Source of the DNA: Hemiscyllium ocellatum
Taxonomy: Eukaryota
Direction of reading: 5' to 3'
NCBI RefSeq assembly: GCF_020745735.1
Contig: NW_026867509.1
Coordinates: 682,001-746,000, forward strand
DNA: 64,000 nucleotides
Shown here: in pieces, positions 25,502 to 37,850 of the stretch
Layout of the letters: each line of letters opens with the position of its first letter
Numbering within the stretch: position 1 is the first letter of the stretch
The notes under the pieces: generated by a model
Told to the model about the DNA's origin: nothing
Seen by the model: only the letters and a program-made list of their open reading frames with translations
Database searches by the model: none
Made by a program: the position numbers and the translations under genes

Positions 25502-28500
25502 GTTTGTACGACTATCACGTTGAATATGAGCCGAACTGGCCGAAGCTAAAATTGTTTTCGTCAAGAGTTGTGAAATGATTGACTAACTTCCGGATCTCTG
25601 CTTATTGGTTCATTATTGGCAAAGACATCTCGTGACAGACATGAAACTTGGAGCTGCTTCATTCTTTAATTGGACCACTTCAACTCTCGTGTGAGGACCG
25701 TTTCATGCCGTAACAGTTGTGAAAAAGGGAGCAAAGTTCTGAAAAACGGCTTCTGGTACTCAAACGTTGATTGTTTTTTTCTTCACAGAATTGCCAGACT
25801 GTCTGAATTTCTCCAGTTATTTTCGCTATTGTTTCAGATATGCAGTAAGTTCTTTATTATTTGTTTTTAGTAAAAGTCAATTTGTTCACCTAGCAACACG
25901 GTGATGTACAGAGTTTAAACCACATGTTGTCCTAAAACAGTTATTATTTCTTTAGGCAACGCTAAAAGAAGTAAAGTTGTTCATGTTGTTCGACTATCAG
26001 GACTGGAATTCCCCAGTGCGCAGAGCTGCTCGCTGACGATGAGAGTTCCCTGAAACCGATGTGGAAGCTCTCTGGGTCTGAGACATTTGGATTAAAATAA
26101 CTAGAGACAAAAAAATTTCAAAAAAAATCAATTTATGCAAAGGTAGAATCGAATGCAGCTTTCTCTGCATTTGCTGGCAAACGTCATTGGCTGGCATGGA
26201 AAGTTCGTGGTTAGTAAGTCTGTCACACGGCACTAGGGTCGCAGATGAAATTCTAACTTTGGGTGAGGGTGGTCATGAAGATTACACGCTCGTGATGTGC
26301 TCCAGGTATGCGCAAACAGTTCAATGATGTGCAAGATATATGGACTAGCGTGGGAAATGCTTGGTTAATGGAATGGGATAGGACAGAGTGCATGTTTTCA
26401 GTCGGTCAGTTTGGTTTCAATAGGCTTCATGGTCTGCTTCCGTACTGTAGTGATTCTACGTTGTCAAAAGTCTTGTATAACTTTATCTTTAATTATCGCA
26501 AATGTAACTTATGTTTCTATGACAGATACAGTGTGTCCAAATGTTTGCTCACCATCATATTGCCGCGCATTGTCAGCGATAAACATGATTATTGCCACTA
26601 GCACCCTTAGAAAGGCAACTGATCCGTTAAGAAATTGAACATTGCAATCAAATGTTCCTCATATGAATGAGAATGGTAAAAGACGAGAGACACACGTCAA
26701 CACACCATCTAAATACTGACTAAAGTGAACGTACTACTGACAAGTTTATAGATGACACAAAAGCATATGGGACGGCACATGGTGAGTTCTTTGAGTCACC
26801 TTCAACGCGTGCCATCCCACATGCTTTTGTGTCATCTGTAAACAAGTAAGCAAACACATAGACTACAGATTAGCGCCCTCTGGTGGGATCTCTGTGAAAT
26901 TTATGGATGGGCAAAAACAGATGTTGAATTTTCAGGATATGTTCTTGAGATGACTGGATTGCATAAGCATTGACGTCAAAGGACAGGCAATCATAATTCC
27001 TTCATGTTTCGTTGAGTTATGATTTAATCTGTTGTTTAAAGTCTGCACCACATGCTCGCTGCTTTTTTTTCTTTCTTGCTATTCTCCTTCAATGGTTTCT
27101 AACCATTCTGTCCATGGCAATTATTATTAATGTATTTCCCAGAATTCGATTTTCTACTTGGATGTTTATGACATGGAAATACATTGCTCCTTCTCCTCCA
27201 TCCACATATCCAATTGTTTTCACTTCTGTTGATCTTTCGATATTTTCTGCTGTATTCTGGTCTCATTTCCCTTAATTTAGATATCTGGATCACAGAATTA
27301 GCAACACGGATGTTTCAAAATAAACACGAAGTACTCTCAAGATCTGTTTATCATACTGGATGCCATTTGTCACTGTCTACCATACCAGCATTTTTGTTCC
27401 ATCCACAAATTAAAATGAGTATTTTCTGTATTCGCAACGAACTCAGTTATATAGATGACAAACCCAAAGAGGACCCAATACCTGAGGATGGCGAATCATG
27501 TGAAGGCGAACCTAAATGTAGGGAGTGTTCCAATGCATCTTCTACATTTGTCCAGTATGATGCCAGATGTCGTGCATTTTGAAAATATTGCTGGCGGACT
27601 GGTTCCTAACCACAGCGTGCCTCGAGGAGGGTGCATATTGCTCTCTATAGGATGACGCTGTTGAAAGTTGCAGGAGGAAGATGAAATGCCTGCAAATCAG
27701 GTTGCTTTGCCACGGATGTTGTCGAGCATCTTGGAGTGTTTTGGAACTTCTCTATTCCAGATAAGTGCGGAGTATTGCATCATATTCCAGTCTCCAGTTC
27801 ACAGACGGTCATTATCTTCTGTCACATGGCGTTCCCAAACTGTTTCCAATTTTGAAATAAGACTGCAATTAGAACGCGAACGACCCTCCCGGGATTCAAG
27901 ATGAGAATCAATGATCTGCGCAAACGCAGCCTTATGGCACTATCAATAAACTCATACAACACTTTGCTGTTGATAGACAGTGGACTGTTGGGACATTAAT
28001 TGGCTGAGTTTGTCTTGTTTTTATTTCAGCGCAAAACAACATATTTGGCCAGTATTCCAGGTTTTCAGATAAATATCAGTGTTGAGGATAAAATCGAATA
28101 GCCTGGCTGAGGGCACTACTATGTGAAAACACTAATGTTGGGAACACCACCAAGAATACGTTCTGTGCCATTGCACCTCAAATTTCGCCTCGAAAGTCTT
28201 GTTCAGCATGGATTCATCAACATGAACATTCAGAGAAATGAGAGGAAAGTGTGTCGTCAAAAAAATTTCTTGGCTACGTTGCCCTTGTGCCGTGGAAGTT
28301 CATGGGTTTTTGAGCATTTCAATTTTGGTCACTCAAATGGAACGTACCCAGAGACGATGATAATGTTGGTATGTGGGGCATTCTTTAGTAAATATGATGC
28401 AATATGTTTCACTATGAGAGGCCGTTCTTTGATTTGCCTTTGGGACAACTTTCATGATATTGGCACCAGCTTCCAAAAGGTAGCGTCAAAGAGTTTCTCG

Positions 28501-29938
28501 TCGACTGGGTTAACATTCGTTATCAGTAGTCTTCCAATTGCAATTCCTTTGTTAGGTTGATTTGATTTAATAAAAAAGATTTATGAAGCCATTTCAAGAA
28601 TGGTTAACAGCTAATGTACTGCTCGTGTTTCTGGAGTCACTCATTGATTAAACGAACCTCGAATGGCCGATTTCCTTATCTAAACAATAGTAGTGAATAT
28701 GTTTGAGTTTTAACGGTGATTGCATTAATTCTGCTGTTTGCTGATTTCAAATTCATGATTTGCCATTGTGGCATTTGATTATTACGAGGTGATTGGCATT
28801 ATCACTGCTCTAGTCGTTGTACTCCATGTAATAGTGTTTGTTTAGGCCCTTGTTTTCTACGTTAGTGCCTACATCCTTGACATGTGTCAGTTTCTGTCGC
28901 TTTTGTTTCAATAATTTCTTATCATTTTCGGACAGGTCTGAAGCTTCTTCATAAATATGAAGGTCCCATTGGAGCACTAACTGAGCTGTCTACTATTGTA
29001 AAACAATTCATGAAGCAAAAGCTATTATGACATGAGCTCCCATGGACGTTCATGCAATGGTATGGCCTTTTAGACCTCAGTGCACAAATCCATGTCTTAC
29101 TTTCCTCTTGTAGACCCTTGGTCGCCACGTACTAATATGGTCATGTAATTGATTTTCCCTGTAAAACGAATTACTATTCTGTGATACGATGCAGTAGATC
29201 AGACGCTGTATATTTTAAAAGAGGTCAGTTTAGTGTACATTAAGCTTGAGTATGTGTGCGAGTATATTTCATAATTTTGTCAATTCTCATTTCTTTCTGC
29301 ACTGGACGACGTATCACAATGCTTTCGAGTGATATTGTCGAATTGAACTAAAATACACGTGTCCCTACTTTGTGGCTCTAAGTCTAAGCTTCTAGACCGT
29401 TTCTCTGTTCCCACTGTGCAGCTCTATTGCATGCCAAATAAATATTTGACGTGACTATGTTATCATCTGTATTGCACCAGGCCTTGTTTCACTTTCAATT
29501 TCACGAGGTTATAGCTATGCTCCTCTTAGACTACATACCACATACTGCAATAGACCATGTCTGAATAGTTTTTATTTAAGAAAAGGGGGAAGTGTTGCTG
29601 CTCATATTTGGTATCAATGCTGATCACTAAAAATAATGTTGTCGGATGGATCAAGCCCTAACATGATGGTTACTGCAAGAGACCATACTTTATTTTTCTA
29701 TCACATTATTCCTATTACTGTTCCCTTATATTGAAAGTGCCTCTAATTACCAGTGGTTTGATACAATATTCCTCATCAAGATAAAGTTTTCTATTTCACA
29801 TGTTGTCTCACTTATTTATCATATAGCAAACTCCTCCCCAAATTTCGAGTTTTTCAGATTATGAACCCGAAGTCGAAAAACTGAAGACTTGTCTGTAATT
29901 TGCTGTGGAAGAATCACTCAATGTTCTATGAAAAAAAA

Positions 29939-30338
29939 TGCCAGTAGAAACAGAAAATCCTTCACGAAATTAAACTTTAATCTTGCAAAAACAAAGCTGT
30001 GGGACCCAACAAATTGTCTTCCCTGACTCCCCACAAGCTCTTTGTTTTCTGCAATTTATATAGCTGTTCTTCCCGTGCTTATCAGCTTGCATTAGCATAA
30101 CAAATCATTCTGTCTCACTTTGTCTTTCTAAACTATTCATTGTCTGTCACACTGTTCCCTACATTGCACTTAACCTATCACATCACCCCACCATCATCTT
30201 CAACATGAGCTCTTCTGCCAGTATTTTAACTAGCCTATCAAAATGCACTGCCATTATCTGTTACTGGAGCCCTGTAACATGATCTCGGGCATACATTGCA
30301 ACACTAAGCTAGTTACATAACTGGCAGAGTAACATTCA
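29939..30338 (-). mobile_element. Probable 3' LTR of the endogenous retrovirus
   Basis: On the minus strand it follows a polypurine tract (caaaggggggaa, plus-strand 30343-30354), begins TG, contains TATATAA (~30056-30062) and ATTAAA (~29977-29982), and can end in CA at 29939. The distal boundary is inferred. Confidence 0.6.
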
Positions 30339-33300
30339 TTTATTCCCCCCTTTGAGACTGATAGGCCTCACACAGAGAAATAATACAAGGAGGCAGGACG
30401 CACAAAGGTCAAATAGATCGGCAGAGCCGAAAAATGGGAAATAACAATTTTCAGGTCCAAGTTTCAAAGGAATCTCCTTCCACATCTGGAGTCACAGGCC
30501 AAAAATGCGTCCCAGAATAAATGGAACAGGAAACAAAATGGCCCAAAGACCCTACACAAACAATATGCTCACACAACGCATGCAAGTCAGACCGGTCCAT
30601 CCGAACAAGGCTTCAACACCTCAGCAGGTGGCAGATCATGGTACTAGAGTGGCGAAGCTGCAGTGGAAGAGGGGGCCTAACGAGAGTACACTGGAACAAC
30701 AGGGAATTGTTGCGCAGCAAGACACACTAACAAAGACTTAATAAGAGGTCGAGCACAGCAAAACACAAAGTCAACAACATGCACCACAAAACCTGCAACA
30801 ATCCCAGTCTTAACAAAACAAGCCCCACTCCCATCCGCCCAAAATTCCATCCAACCAGTCGAAGGACCGATGGCCATACCTAGCAGTCTTCTTAAGCGCC
30901 TTCCATAAATTCCATAGCTTACCCATCACTTGTTAAAAGATCTGTCCAGGCTAGTGTTAATGGGAATCAAGGTACAGCAATGTTCCCTAGTCAGTGCACA
31001 GAACCCATCTTTCTCAGCCAACCACCAGTTCAAGTCCTGCCTCATCCGTCACGCAATTCGACTGGTCACATTCAATTGATCACACAATGCAGAGAGGGCA
31101 TCATCAGGATAACTAATATATCTCTTCTGACTGTAACAGATAGAATTAACCTACTCAATATTCTTGCTAATACCAATGGCAGGGATAAGCAACTCCCAGG
31201 CCATGGCAATCTCATTTCTGGCCTTGAACATTGGGGATATCCCTTCGCTAACATACCCACAACATGCATTGCCGGATCAGGGAAGTACTCCCGTTTAGAG
31301 TGGTGCAGAGTAGACTGGAATGGGACACTGGCACTATCAAGTGAGGTCTGTCAGTCCGCCAAATCGTTCGACCCCAAGTCAGCACAGGAACAGAAACGTT
31401 CAGGACGGAGATGGGGTATTAATTGACCTTTCCCAACCCGTCCTCAGTCACACAATTAGGAGAAATTACACCTTCCAGAAACCGACAACCCCAGAGGCAA
31501 CAGTATCTCCGAACGCTGCAGTCGCCGAGTGTTGTGGGACAAATAAAGGTGTATCACTCAGCACGCCCTTTCAACCATCGCAGTCCATTCTCACCCCTCA
31601 CATACCTCAACCCCTGAGTCCATCTGTGCAGTTGGGAGCATCCTGTTCCAGTGATCAAGATGATATCAGGCAGATCTGCCCTCAAATGAACGGCAGTAGG
31701 TGACGCCCTGATTGCCATAAAAGAACCCTCCCTTCACGGCTCATTACACTATCTCAGGAAAATCCGTACATACATCAGATATCGTGGGGCAAACGGCCCC
31801 TGCCTGTTACCAAACATTGGATCCAACAGTATTTCCTGCGTGTGGATAAGCCCATGTATCATAGTTCGCCGTTGCACGCACTACTTTTGATTATGTTCCA
31901 ATTCTTCCATGCTGGGCACGTCAAACAAACCCCTCCACTCGAGCACTGGCATCAGTCCACCAGTAAGCATATCATGCAGCACTAAGTTAGTCATGCGGTT
32001 AGTCCGCATATGCTAATGCATTTGTGCCAACGGCAGGGAATCGACCCAGTTAAGATTGCTGGCCACACAAGTTTTATTCAACTTATCCTTCAAATTAACA
32101 GTAACCCGTTCCACCATAACCTGCGACTGGGAATGATATACACAGCCAAACCTCTATTTAATATGTAAAACCTGTCGCACCAACTCAGCCACTTTCTAGA
32201 TAAAGGCAGACCCATCATCCGGACTGATCTCAGACAGTCTTCCAAACCTCAGAATAACTTATGTTGTTAAAAAGTTGTCATTGTGCCTTCCACAGAATCC
32301 TTCGACGGGATCGCTTCTACCCAGCTACTAAACCTGTTAATGACCACCAACATACATCTCTTCTTTCTCACCGTCTTTATCGTGTCCACATAGTCAATCA
32401 CCAAATGCTTAAATGGCTCTTCAGGTGCAGGTGTCTATCCTGTAAGGGTCGCTTTTCCCTTTTTGACATTATTTTGAGCAAAGACATCACATTGCAATAA
32501 TACGTAATCCATTGAAGCCTACAAGGTGGCCAAATGCCATCGCTCTTTACCTTGCTCAGCAATCTGCCTCTGGCACAATGATCAAACCCATGTGCCTTTG
32601 TGATAAGAATGGTCAACAAAGGGCTGGGCGCCACCCACAAACTTTCCTCTGTGCACCACAGGCTTTCATTGTTACGCCTGCCTCCTCCTTTGCCCCCACA
32701 CCAGCGCTCAGCTATGGTCGGCTTACGTTGCATTACAATGATGTCGGCTATCGTTGGCTCTGGATCAAAACACAACTGGTTTGCAATGACATCTGAAGCA
32801 CACACAAAAACCAGTCTAGCCGCTTCATCTGCTGCCTGATCTTCCTTGACCACCCTATCACTACCTATCTTGTGTGCCTGTTACTTTATAAAAGCTGACG
32901 CTGAAGGCATCGTCAATAAGTTCATCAACACGACAATCCACGCACAATGTTGCATGGAATCCTCATTGATCTTTTGGAAACCAGTTTGTTTCCCTGTCGC
33001 TATAGCTACACTCTGTAAATGCTGCGGCGTGACCACCTCGCAGTGCCACCGCTCCCCTACGACTTTACTTTGAATCTCGTTAAAAATCACTGTACAATGC
33101 ACATCAGACTAGGGTGGCAACGCCAAAGGCAGTAAACCTAAAGCCTCTTTCCTCCATTATTTCCAAGTTTCCCAAATATAACCATCTCTGTCGTCGATAC
33201 AACAGCCTTTCTGGTTTCCTGCAACATCAACTGAGAATTCGCTATACCTACAGCAAATCCCTTTTGCGTACACTTCAATTTTAGTTCTCACTTCAAAAAG

Positions 33301-34900
33301 GCGTCCCAACCCAGCAAATCAATTGGTGTCACCTCAGGGACTAATACAGACATGACGACTGATTTGTAAACTTACTGGAGCTGTAAACCTTGTCAACTGC
33401 AGTTTTTGCAATGACCCTATAGTCCCACCAAACTTTCCTGATATGGAAAGGCGGGGGGCAGATTGCGGTTGAACACAAGTATAAATTGCTCCAGTACCAA
33501 TCATCATAGGAATAAACTGTCCTTTCAACCTAACCTGCACGATAAAGTTCTAGTTCAGCCTCCCGTATAATAATAGAGTATTGCCCCTTATCACTTGGGT
33601 TCTCTGTGCACCCCTAGCACATCCTGTACAGATTAACATGCCTATTGGGCCTGTAGCGATTTTGTGGGGAGACAGTCGGTCATTCCTGAACCATAGGTCT
33701 ACCCTGGGGCCGGGAGGTCCAATAAAGGCAAGTCCTTCCAAAATGACCAGGTTGAGAATACTCCAAACACACTATTTCTGATCCTCCCTAAGTCTGACCT
33801 CTCACCATACCTTTTGGCCACTCACCTCTTTGCCTCTGTCCTGGGGGACCTCAGTTCCGTCGAGACTGTTAGTTAATTTTATATTGCCCTTACTATGATA
33901 TCCGTGTAAAAGTTCCTCCAAAAACATGTATTATCGGCTTTGGGTTGTCTGGCTCTTGCCAGGCGACGATAACGGGTTTCCCTCGACAAGCATGTTGTTC
34001 ATTTCATCGGCGCTGAACATCCCAGTTGTCACTGGCAACAGAATCTAACTTTTTTCTCAGTGTCTTTTCAAGTTCCTCGAGCTGTGTTTGCATCAAATTT
34101 CTTATCATATCCTCCTGCTTTCAGAGAGCTTCTTTTTGTCTTTGTGGTACCTTTCGACGGCACGGAAGATGTGATCTCTGAATTCCTGACGGGCCTTGGA
34201 CATCAGAGACACTACGTCCTCTAGCTTAGAATTGAATTGAGGGGGAATTGCCTCAAAAATACCAGTCTGAAACATAATAATCAACAGCTGACTAACTTCC
34301 ACATCGTGTTCTGTATCAAACTTCTAACTTTTCAACTGGTTTTCCAAATAGGCGCCTATTATCCAGTGTCTCCCAATGGATCCTTTCTCAAAGCATTGGG
34401 ATCGATCTTAGGCGAGTCCAAGGGCCTTCCATTCCCTTTGTCTTACTCGATCAAACCCAGCACCATCAATCATCGGATTGTCCACAACATTTTTCAAGTA
34501 GGCTCAGTCAATTATCTTTCTTAAGTTGGGGGTCCCACCACCCGTATTGGCAGGACCTTCAAATCCCCCATAGCCAACAACTGTCATGCGATGTATTCTT
34601 CAAAGGCTCTAATCAACTTTCCTACTCCATCATGCAAATTTGGCAGCACATTTATCAGCCTTTCCAGATCCTGGGTTCCCCAAGGAATGTTTTGCAGCTG
34701 TCTCCCTCCTTTTATAAGCAACGGCAGCAGCTTCCCCTCTTGGAACTTCTTGCCCACACTAAACTTGCTACTTTGTGATTCCGCATCAGACTCCAAATCT
34801 CACCTTATTTGTATTTCCTCACTCTACCACTCGCAATCGTCCCTTACTCATCCATCGGTTCTTAAGATTCTTCAGTTTCAACTAATTAATAAAAACAATT
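30339..34900 (-). mobile_element. Defective class I (gamma/epsilon-like) endogenous retrovirus: gag-pro-(RT deleted)-RNase H end-integrase-env
   Basis: Minus-strand translation shows gag-like text (IPWGTQDLERLINVLPNLHDG), a degenerate zinc knuckle (C..YSQPGHF.R.C), protease (IPMMIGTGAIYTCV; PIDLLGWD), RNase H C-terminus (SAFIK*QAHK...QAADEAAR), integrase (PFKHLVIDYVD..VVINRFSSWVEAIP; DDGSAFI; YHSQSQVMVER; WVDSLPLA) and env TM (QLNVTSRIA*RMRQDLNWWLAEKDGF CALTREHCC, CX6CC at 30974-31000). Confidence 0.88.
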
Positions 34901-36129
34901 TATTCTAATTCGTTTTGCCTAAATTATTCCAGGACTGCATCTGCAGAATGCACTCATCATTGATGGTTTCTTGAAAGAACATGATAAACACCCAGTGCTG
35001 ATCTCAAACGTCGAACATGACATTCATGGTCCTGCACTGATAGTGAACAGCCTGAAGTTGTGACACCGCATGTCTCAATGACAAGCCCTAACGAACGGTT
35101 GACGTCTTTGCTGCTGGAGTGCAATGGTCAACAGAGTGCATGCGCACTAATCCTGAATGCGGAAAAGAAAGCTGTGAGTAGCTCTTCAAAATTCACAGGG
35201 ATGGAGTTGGTAAAATCGTTTAGCAGGGGATTTATCCACGGGCAATTTAAACCAAGAGGAAAAGTGAAGTAAGGCTGGAATTGCGAAGTAACGCATGTCT
35301 GGCAGCATCTTTGGAGGCAAATCAGCGTTTCGTTTCCAATAATGCATAAGAGTGGTTGAACTTGAAATGTTAATTGTAATTTACTCTACTAAGGTACTGC
35401 TGGACCTGTTAAGCTACTCGTTCGTTTCAGATCTCCAGTCTTTGCATTGTTGTACATTTATTCGAGAGAATATTCACTCCTGCACGTCCATTCTGATCTG
35501 GTGTTGAAGGCTTTAATTACGTTTTATTTCTGCAGTGCATTTGAAACAGATACTTGGTAGCTGTGAAACTGAGCTCATCTGTCTCATCAAAATCTGACGT
35601 AGTCATTAAAGTCATCAAGATCTGAACATCATGTATTTTGAAGTTGGAACACCAACGTTTGTTCCTTCCGCCTACAGGCAAAGAATGCAGCAAAGAATCA
35701 GAGTCATTAGGAGATAAACAAACTTCAATGGGTACAAATGTATCGGAGCCAGATAAATTGCAATCAAAATCACGGGTGAACATTGAACTGCTTTCAAGCA
35801 GAAGTATTTCCGACACGATTAAGGTTTATTCCCATCAACGGTGCAGACAGTGGTCGCAAAACCAATGCCATTTTGAAGACAACATGCAAAAGCAAAATTA
35901 AGATTCTCAGGGGAAAAGCACTTGTGACAAATATGAGGTTGATAGTTCAATGACAACCGGGAATAAGTGAATAAATAAATGTCAGACCAGACATTGAAAA
36001 GATGACCGAGGCTCAGATAGATTTGAAGCAAATCTCTTCAATAATCATTTCACCAATAAATGTGCAATTAAAAGAACACGTATTGAGTGTAAAGAAGACT
36101 TCAAAAGATCATCCAGACTCGAGAGATTC

Positions 36130-36670
36130 AATTTCACCTACGCAATGGATTGTGGGAAAGAGTTCAGATACCCATATGAGTTAAAAATTCATCGACACAG
36201 TTACACTAATTAGAAGCCATTGATTTGTTCGAAGTATGGAAAGGAATTCATCGGGCCATCACGTATGCTCTTACATCACTGCATTCACACTAATAGAAAA
36301 GAGACCTTTTAAATGTCCAAACTGCCAGAAATTCGAAAGTCACTCTGGTAAACGTATTCTTCATCAACGTGTTCATAACGATGATAGATTGTTCTTCTCA
36401 TCTCACGATAGTAGTAGGTTCAAGAGATCGCCGCAACTCACTGTACATCCGCGAATTCAGGTCCCGCGACGCCATTCTCCCGCCATGAGTGGGAAAATAT
36501 TTACCACATCATCCTTACATCTAACTCAACAACGATTCGTCTTCTAAGTACAACGCACTCCTCTTTTGAGTGGGGGAAGTGATTTACTAATTTATCTGAG
36601 CTGCTGATACACACCGGCGTCTTCACACAGAACGACGCTGTTCATCAGCGCTGAATATGGGGAAACAAAG
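36130..36670 (+). pseudogene. C2H2 zinc-finger array relic
   Basis: DCGKEFRYPYELKIHRHSYTN*KPLICSKYGKEF; KRPFKCPNCQKF..ILHQRVH; GK*FTNLSELLIH, with stops and frameshifts. Confidence 0.75.
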
Positions 36671-37714
36671 TCATTGTAATCCAATCAGGTCATACAGCAA
36701 CAAAATCACAAATGCGATCTCATTCATATTTTACAACACATTCTTGCAGGTCTTGGGGTAGATAATGAATCAAAACATTTTGCAAAATACCTTAACAAGT
36801 CTATTTTCGATTAGTCACTGAGAAAGTGACCATACAGACATCCAAACTGTCAGAAAAATCACGCAGTTTCTAGTCGTGGAGACCACGATTCCCAAGGGCG
36901 TCATGAGAAAGAGCTTTCCACTGATCTGATTTGATTTGGTTTGATTTGTTTTTGTACTGGAGGCATCGATGACCTGCTGGTATATTTTAATGGTAGTTGG
37001 TTCTGGTGGAATTGAGGGGCAAATCATTAACCAGCGACCTATGCAGTGCCTCAAAGGTTGGCAGAGTAGAAAATAAAAAAAAATTAAGAAAAGTTGAGAA
37101 GTTCACTTACAATGTCCACAAATGTCGACAATGTCAGTGATTCTGAAAATAATTGCATTTGTTTTAACTTACTTTACATAATGTATTAATGTCTTCCCGA
37201 AACTATAAAGGTTTTGGAGTTGGATGCCACACAACAGTTTAAGATTCACATCGTCATTTTGGTCTAGGGTTAGAACTCCTCCTGTCAGTGTAATCTCCTG
37301 CAGAAGCAAACCCTTTCAAAACGTCTTCACTCATCTCATTCATGTCTGTTGTGCATTCTTGATTTCACTTGCTTCATGACTGGAGACCATCTTTTTCAGT
37401 TGCACATGACAGAAGCTCTAAAATTTCCACCATCAATTATTCCGATTCTATAAATCCCTTTGCTCCTTAAATACACGACTGAACCAATTCCTTCATGATC
37501 AATCTATCTGTCATATGTTCTAGTACTACCTAGTCAAAACAAACAAAACATTGTGGAACTGCAGATCTGATACAAAAACAGAAAGTGCTGTAGAAGCTCA
37601 GCTTGTCTGGCAGTATCTGTGAAAGAGAAACATTTCTTATTCAAAATTACTGTTCTCCAGTACGGACAAGACGTGGAAAATTGCTGGAGTTTAGAATTAG
37701 AGAAGGGTGTGCAA

Positions 37715-37850
37715 TCAGTTTTTCCACAGTGTGAACTTGATGATGCTTCAACAGGGTGGATGACTGAGAAAATCACTTCCACAGTTCCAACAAGTGAAAT
37801 GCGTATTCTCTGTTTGCTACCAGCAATGTGTTTTCTGAACAGAATGGCAA
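37715..37850 (-). pseudogene. C2H2 zinc-finger relic
   Basis: Minus strand, with a frameshift: FTCWNCG..FSQSSTLLKHHQVHTVEK. Confidence 0.55.

Noticed and set aside
27560-27900. Possible minus-strand V relic (VTED..., LIWNREVPKHSKML, AFHL)
   Set aside because: It needs several frameshifts and has no convincing RSS or leader; not distinguishable from chance without an HMM search.
28123-28560. 145-aa plus-strand ORF
   Set aside because: No recognisable domain, composition bias or splice context; consistent with a random ORF.
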